Shown here piece by piece: positions 58,407 through 64,000 of a stretch of 64,000 nucleotides of DNA (position 1 is the first letter of the stretch; each line of letters begins with the position of its first letter). A program made the translations under genes and the position numbers. The notes beneath the pieces were generated by a model. It was not told where the DNA came from. It saw only the letters and a program-made list of their open reading frames with translations, and made no database searches. This DNA is from Candidatus Daviesbacteria bacterium. GTDB taxonomy: Bacteria > Patescibacteriota > Microgenomatia > Daviesbacterales > UBA10151. Location: the NCBI GenBank assembly GCA_016187025.1, contig JACPKM010000001.1, positions 320,055 to 384,054 of the forward strand, in the 5' to 3' direction.

Positions 58407-60988
58407 CTAGTATACTATTTTCTGCCGGTAAATAAATTTCCTGATTTCCTCAACTATCAAAATTGATGAAGCAATGGGTATCATTATTAGCCAATCAGAT
58501 AAATCAAGGGCAGTTGTCTTAAGTATCTTTTGCATGAATGGTGTGTAAATAGCAAGCAACTGAAGAACAATAACAGTTATGGTAGCACCAATTAAAAACC
58601 TATTTGAAAACGGATTTAATTGAAAAATAGATTTGCTTTCATGTCTGCAATTCCAGGCATTGAACCATTGGAAAACCGCTAACACTGTAAGTGACATTGT
58701 CCAGGCTTTCACTATATCCTGTTGATAATAGCCTTTGAAAAGAAACAGTGTCCCTATCATCATTGGTATTGCCATCAAAAACATTCTTTGTATGGTTAAT
58801 CCATCAATCAAATACTTTTTAGGATGTTCAAAAGTTCCTTTCAATAAACCTTCTTCTTTTGGTTCCATGGCTAAAGATACAGTTAAGAAACCATCTGTAA
58901 CAAGATTTAGCCAGATAATTTGAGCTGCTAAAATTGGTAAGGGGAACCCCAGCAGTAATGCTCCGGTGATAGTCAATACCTCTCCAAAGCTGGTGGAAAA
59001 GAGATATAAAATAACCTTCTTTATCGTCTTATAAATACTCCTGCCTTCCTCAATAGCTGCAATAATACTGGCAAAGTTATCATCAAGTAAAACTATATCC
59101 GAGGCTTCCTTGGCTACTTCAGTGCCAATCTTACCCATAGACACTCCCAAGTCTGCTGCAACTAATGACGGAGCATCATTTACCCCATCTCCGGTCATAG
59201 CTACAATCACACCTTTTCTTTTATATGCCCTGACAATCTTTAGCTTATGGTCCGGTGTAACTCTGGCAAAAACTGACACTTTAGAGAGCATATCTGCAAA
59301 TTCGTCATCTGACAGTGAATCTATATCCTCTCCTGTCAGGATAGTATCTCCTTCTTTATAAATTCCAGCTTCTCTGGCTATAGCTTCAGCCGTTATTTTG
59401 TGATCTCCAGTAATCATTACTACCTTAATTCCAGCTGAAATAGCTTTTTGCATAGCATCATGAACTTCCGAGCGAAGTGTATCTTTTAGCCCAAAGAATC
59501 CTACAAAGGTAAGTCCTTCCACATCTTTAGGCTTAATATCATCACTGACACTATCTTTCAAAGCAAAAGCTAAAACTCTTAAACCTTCCTGGGACATCTT
59601 TACCAACTCTGCCTCAAGCTCTTTTTTCTTTTCCTGGGATAAAGGATGAGATTTACCTTCATGCCAGATTTTAGTAGTAATTTCTAAAATCTTTTCAGGG
59701 GCACCAAGAACAGTCAACGCAACATGTCCATCAATTTTATGTGATACTGCATGATATTTATTTTTGTAATCAAATGGTATTTCAGACAGTCTGGGAGATT
59801 CTTTCTCTAAAACTTGCCTTTGAAATCCCACCTTTTGAGCAAAAACAGAGAGCGAGGATTCTGTTGGATCGCCAGTTGCCTGCCACTGCTTTGCCTCTTT
59901 GTCGAAAACAACACCATTATTGGTAACAAAAGCAGCCATCTTTCCTGCAAGAAGCAACTCTGGATGATTAAGAGGGTCAATTTTACTGTCATTTAAAATT
60001 ACTTCTCCTTCTGGTTTATAGCCCTCGCCACTTACACTAAATGTTTTTCCTTCCACATAGACCTTTTGTAATAGAATCTCGTTTTTGGTAAGTGTGCCTG
60101 TTTTATCAACTGCTATTACCCTGGCTTGTCCCAATGCTTCAACTGCTTGGAGTTTTTTAACTAAAGCATTTCGTTTACTCATCCTCCAGACTCCTGTTGC
60201 TAAGACTAATGTCATCACAATTGGCAGCCCCTCAGGGATAATGGATACTGCTAAAGACACAACTGTGGTAAACATTTCTCTTACTGAATGGCCTAAGAAA
60301 ATTCCCAGTATAAATATTGAAGTGCACACTACTGCAACAGTGGCAATAATTAGCCTGGTGAGGTAACGGATATTGGCTTTAAGAGGGATTTCTGTGTTGA
60401 TTACAGCTATCTCTTTTGAAATTTTACCCAAAACCGTCTCTAGGCCTATGGCAACAACAACCGCTTTTCCATTACCAGTCACAACATTAGTTCCCTTAAA
60501 AACCATATTCTTTTGGTCAGCAGTTGGTAAATTTGCAGTAGACAATACCTCATCAAATTTATGTACTGGTTGCGACTCACCAGTCATGGCAGCTTCATTA
60601 ACCGTGAGGTTGTTAGATTCAATTATTCTGGCATCGGCTGGTACTTTATCTCCTTCCTGTAAGATAATTACATCCCCAGGTACGACCTCATAATCAGGGA
60701 TTACAAACTCTCTACCATCACGAAGTACCTTAGTATTAGTTTCAGCAAATTTCTTTAAAGCAAGTAAGGTATTTTGTGCCTTACCTTCCTGGATTGTGTA
60801 TAAATAAGAGGGCTTTGAAATTGCCGAAGAAAGATAATTAATAAACTGTCTATCTTTGCATCTGGTAATTTATTTGGTCCGTATTTTTCAAGACGGGCTT
60901 TTACTTCTTCCTTACTTAAACCATTTTCGTTTGAATGAAGGATTCCAAAAATATCATTTACTTTTTTTGTGTGCCAAGCATAGTCCAT
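58407..60988 (-). pseudogene. P2-type cation-transporting P-type ATPase, disrupted (TM1-TM2 hairpin deleted, frameshift)
   Basis: N-terminal fragment (60755..60988, cation-ATPase N-domain KYGPNKL...SPLIY) is in a different frame from the body, which carries TGES, DKTGTLT, PEGLP, TGDGVNDAPSL. At ~60800 PLIY abuts (Y)TIQEGKAQ directly, so about 55 aa of TM1-TM2 are missing. Confidence 0.6.
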
Positions 60989-61115
60989 AGCTAAATAAAT
61001 TTACCTCTGTATCCATTCTACTGAATTCTTTGCTGGATTAGTACAATCTAATTCCCAGTCTGTTTTACAATCATTTGGTGAAACAAGTTAGGATTTGAAC
61101 CGGGTTTTGTATCGA

Positions 61116-61880
61116 TTACCTTGATGGAGCTGAACAGACAAATTGGTTGTGAATGTAGATCATTCCCCCTAATGCTTTAATTATTTCCCTTTTTTCAGGT
61201 AATAATCCGTAATAGAGGACGTGTTTAGCGTATTCCCGAATATCAAACTCGGTCTTGTCAGGATCAATATTTTGCTGAAGCAGTATCTGCTCCCGCATCT
61301 TTTTATATTGCTCCATGTCTAATTTAATCTTCTCTGTATATTTAATCATCTGAGGATGAGCCATGCTGGTAAAGTTCAGTATTTGACTAATTCCTTAATG
61401 AGTTTTTCCTCAGTTATGTATGGTTCCTGGCAATTAGGATCTCTAGTTTTAGTGCAGTTATAGTAAATATGGTATCTGGGATCTCTGAGTTTTCTTTTCC
61501 TATATCTATCCTGAGCAGTAAAACTGGTACCGCAGCTGCCGCAGATTAGTAAATCCTTATATACCAAGTTCCGCTATTAACCGGATATTCAAATTCTCTA
61601 TATAAATCAGACTGAGGCCTACCTTTTTACCTGATCTGGTAGTAAAGCCTATTTCGTCAAACCATTTTTGTATTGTTCTGCCACTATCATCATTTTCCGC
61701 AACTCTTCTAAACATCTCCGTTATAGTGTCTCATTTGTCTCATTTAGGCTCAGTGTGAGACAATATAGTACAAGTGGATATAAGGATCAAACGGGCCCTG
61801 ACCGGTACGCTCGGCTTTACTTATGAGTGCATCCTCGATTATTGTTGTCTTTAATGCTTTGTTGCTAAGACGAGCAAAAT
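61116..61880 (-). pseudogene. fragments of a large serine recombinase (zinc beta-ribbon, coiled-coil and recombinase-domain pieces in different frames)
   Basis: LLICGSCGTSF...YYNCTKTRDPNCQEPYITEEKLIKEL matches the recombinase zinc ribbon; adjacent frames give MFRRVAENDDSGRTIQKWFDEIGFTTRSGKKV, resembling the large-serine-recombinase recombinase domain. Confidence 0.5.
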
Positions 61881-61909
61881 TAGATTGAGTGATGAAAGGA
61901 GGTAAATTT

Positions 61910-62152
61910 ATGTTTGGATTTTTACAAGGTGTTACAGACCCTATTTGTAAATTGAAGGTAATCAAAAATAAAGCTAAGTATTCTTCGGAATACAAAGGTG
62001 AAAAGTATTTAGATCCGAAGGATCGCAAACTTGTTTATTTTTGTTCTGAAAACTGTAAGAAAAGTTTTGATGAAGAACCAGGAAAACACATTGCTGAAGG
62101 AAATACTTCCACAAAAATCTGCTGCCAGCAGAATACAAAGTCTTGCTGTTAA
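61910..62152 (+). CDS. YHS-domain metal-binding protein with C-terminal Cys pairs
   Basis: DPICKLKV...GEKY..YFCSENCKKSFDEEP (YHS/TRASH-like), C-terminal KICCQQNTKSCC; SD AGGAGG 7 nt upstream of ATG 61910. Confidence 0.55.
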   Translation: MFGFLQGVTDPICKLKVIKNKAKYSSEYKGEKYLDPKDRKLVYFCSENCKKSFDEEPGKHIAEGNTSTKICCQQNTKSCC

Positions 62153-63552
62153 ACACAACAACTCAATTTAGAAATATCCTTAGTAAAGGACAAGGCGGCA
62201 ATTTTAATAGCTTCTGAAAGTGTGGGAAACATCGGTAAGGAGGAAACTACATCATCAACAGTATTTTTATTTTTAACTAACCACATCGCCTGAGCAATCA
62301 GGTCACCTGCATTAGGAGCCAGGATATGCACCCCAAGAATTATTTTTGTCTGGGGATGAATAACCATTTTAATTAATCCCTCTGTCCTGCCAGTAATATG
62401 AGCCTTGGGAACATCAGCAAAAGAAATAGTACGGCATAAACAACTGCCTATTTGCTTAACCTCTTGTTCTTCTGCAAATCCAACACCTGCCAGTTGCGGG
62501 TCTGTAAAGATAGTCCAAGGTACACAGTGATAATCAATACTGTTTTGTGTATTCTTTAGGGCATTTTCTGCCGCTAAGGTACCTTCTTTACCTGCTGTTG
62601 GTTCTTGTCTAATTGGTAAATTTATTACATCACCCACTGCATAAATATGAGGTTGTGATGTTTGAAATTGAGCGCTTACCTTTATAGCTTGTTTCTCATC
62701 CACCTCAACATCTGCTTTATCAAGAGCTAATCTTTCGGTATTGGGAGTTTTACCTGTTGCGAGTAATATTTCATCCGCTTGAACCTGCTCCTGTTTACCG
62801 TCAACTATGTAAGTAAGTATCTTTTTATCTCCTTCTCTACTGGCAGACTGCACTTGTACGTCGGTTCTAATAATTATTCCTTCATTGGTAAGAATTTCTG
62901 CTAATTTATCAGTTAGTTCTCTTTCTGCCGGAGGAAATATAGAATCGCTTCTTTGTAGAATTGTTACTTTAGTGCCGAATCTTGAGTACATTTGTGCAAA
63001 CTCTAAACCTAATGGTCCTGCACCAACTACAATTAATTCCCCAGGTTGCTTTTTAATCTGCAGGGCCTTAATGTGAGTTAAATATCCTACTTCTTTAATT
63101 CCCTCTATCAGGGGTACTGTAGCTGTTGAACCTGCTGCAATGATAAATTTCTTCCCTTGGTAAGATTGACCATTAACTTCCACTTCGTTTGGAGACAGGA
63201 AACTTGCCTTACCTTCGATATGGGTGACATGCTCTAAAGACTCAAGTACCTTTTCGTACTTTTCTGTGCGTAACTTATCAACAAGATCAAGCTCGTGTTG
63301 TAAAACTGTTGCAAAATCAAAGTTTTTAACCTCTATATCAATTCCTGGAATATTGTGGTTTTTAGCCAGGTGCATGATTTCTCCCGCCCATAGAAGCGTT
63401 TTAGAGGGAACACAACCAACATTAACACAGGTACCACCAAGCGGCAGTCCCTTATTGACCATTAAGGTTTTAGCACCAAGCTCGTTGGTTTTAATAGCTG
63501 CTGAAAATGCTCCTGCTCCACCACCAATAACAATTAAGTCGTATTGTTCCAT
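62149..63552 (-). CDS. merA: mercuric reductase core (no N-terminal HMA domain)
   Basis: FAD motif DLIVIGGGAGA, redox-active GGTCVNVGCVPSK, C-terminal KLSCCV vicinal cysteine pair characteristic of MerA. Confidence 0.7.
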   Translation of the reverse strand: MEQYDLIVIGGGAGAFSAAIKTNELGAKTLMVNKGLPLGGTCVNVGCVPSKTLLWAGEIMHLAKNHNIPGIDIEVKNFDFATVLQHELDLVDKLRTEKYEKVLESLEHVTHIEGKASFLSPNEVEVNGQSYQGKKFIIAAGSTATVPLIEGIKEVGYLTHIKALQIKKQPGELIVVGAGPLGLEFAQMYSRFGTKVTILQRSDSIFPPAERELTDKLAEILTNEGIIIRTDVQVQSASREGDKKILTYIVDGKQEQVQADEILLATGKTPNTERLALDKADVEVDEKQAIKVSAQFQTSQPHIYAVGDVINLPIRQEPTAGKEGTLAAENALKNTQNSIDYHCVPWTIFTDPQLAGVGFAEEQEVKQIGSCLCRTISFADVPKAHITGRTEGLIKMVIHPQTKIILGVHILAPNAGDLIAQAMWLVKNKNTVDDVVSSLPMFPTLSEAIKIAALSFTKDISKLSCCV

Positions 63553-63554
63553 GT

Positions 63555-63860
63555 TTATGTAATAAAGTTCCTTAAAGTTTTAGTAAAATCATTAGCTGTT
63601 AGAGAGTAGTAAACTGTTTGTGCTTCTTTTCTTCTCCGTACCAAATTTAGATCTAAAAGCCTCTTAACGCTATGGGAAACAACAGATACAGAAGTATCCA
63701 AAATTTCTGCCATTTCACCAACGCTAACTTCTGGATAATGACAGAGGAGGTAACAAATTTTTAATCTTGTTGCATCACCTACAACCCCAAGCTGTTGTGC
63801 GCAAGATATAAGCTCTTTCTTATTTTTCAACTCTCTTTTGATCTGGCTATACTTATTCAT
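63555..63860 (-). CDS. ArsR/SmtB-family metalloregulator
   Basis: HTH_5 region DATRLKICYLLCHYPEVSVGEMAEIL...SHSVKRL; start at ATG 63860 (ORF-track start 63911 is TTG). Confidence 0.7.
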   Translation of the reverse strand: MNKYSQIKRELKNKKELISCAQQLGVVGDATRLKICYLLCHYPEVSVGEMAEILDTSVSVVSHSVKRLLDLNLVRRRKEAQTVYYSLTANDFTKTLRNFIT

Positions 63861-63867
63861 AATACTT

Positions 63868-63883
63868 GAACAGTTGTTCAAAT
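63868..63883 (+). promoter_or_regulatory. perfect inverted repeat TTGAACA-GT-TGTTCAA 8 nt upstream of the ArsR-family gene start (candidate operator)
   Basis: 7-2-7 palindrome overlapping the expected RBS/promoter-proximal region. Confidence 0.45.
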
Positions 63884-63970
63884 AGTACAGCTTATACAAC
63901 TTCGTTGTCAAGTAGAAAAATCTGCATATATACCGTCAAAACAAGGAAGATAATACCTACGCGTGGGTAC

Positions 63971-63998
63971 AAAATGTGTAAGCGCGCTTACACATTTT
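63971..63998 (+). promoter_or_regulatory. 28-bp perfect palindrome AAAATGTGTAAGCG/CGCTTACACATTTT
   Basis: 14+14 with no spacer, about 110 bp upstream of the arsR-merA operon at the window edge. Confidence 0.4.
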
Positions 63999-64000
63999 TA

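Noticed and set aside
61040-61125. Complete tRNA gene on the minus strand (GGTTCAAATCC ... TTTCACCA)
   Set aside because: Only a T-arm and 3' end-like segment is present; no complementary 5' acceptor strand or D/anticodon arms could be folded. It is interpreted as a possible tRNA-derived att remnant at most.
1-64000. Alternative genetic code 25 (UGA=Gly), common in some CPR lineages
   Set aside because: TGA terminates secY exactly at its conserved C-terminus (overlapping the adk ATG) and ends the ABC ATPase. Conserved proteins are full-length under code 11.
1-64000. CRISPR arrays, cas genes, rRNA genes, intact transposases/integrases
   Set aside because: No regularly spaced direct repeats, no Cas-like ORFs, no rRNA-like high-GC conserved blocks, and only fragmentary recombinase remnants were seen.

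Overview
This window is a low-GC (~35%) bacterial chromosome segment using the standard code. TGA terminates secY at 2520-2522 and the ABC ATPase at 24405-24407, so it is not code 25. It opens with the conserved ribosomal/secY/rpoA operon, in which rpsE runs directly into rplO with no rpmD (L30). That absence, together with DUF3048/DUF4446/DUF2079-type genes, fits a Patescibacteria (CPR)-like genome. Recognisable housekeeping genes elsewhere are recA-recX, rny, hup, miaA, secD/secF, cca, recJ, asnS/aspS-like, dacA-like, gltX, and a phosphoglucomutase-like gene. I found three RNA genes by hand: tRNA-Pro(GGG), tRNA-Gln(CUG), and an RNase P RNA (type A) on the minus strand with a textbook sigma70 promoter. 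Accessory content includes: (a) a ~4.7 kb gene for a giant Ser/Thr-rich surface adhesin (Cna-B-like and cadherin-like repeats) broken by two frameshifts; (b) next to it, a duplicated ABC-2 permease cluster with one ATPase and a TrpR/YerC-like HTH, plus three tandem PMT/GT39-like membrane glycosyltransferases; (c) a module just downstream of rnpB with small orphan ORFs, an FtsK/HerA/TraG-superfamily ATPase and a translationally coupled Cys-rich partner; (d) a five-gene minus-strand operon (two M20 peptidase paralogs, a P-loop protein, a SAM-MTase, a 462-aa unknown); (e) a degraded mobile-element/heavy-metal island at the 3' end (P-type ATPase pseudogene with a precise TM1-TM2 deletion, large serine recombinase fragments, YHS protein, merA, ArsR-type regulator with operator palindromes). 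A perfect 14-bp palindrome, ATGTATCCATACAT, occurs exactly twice, upstream of recA and across the start codon of the HTH regulator.
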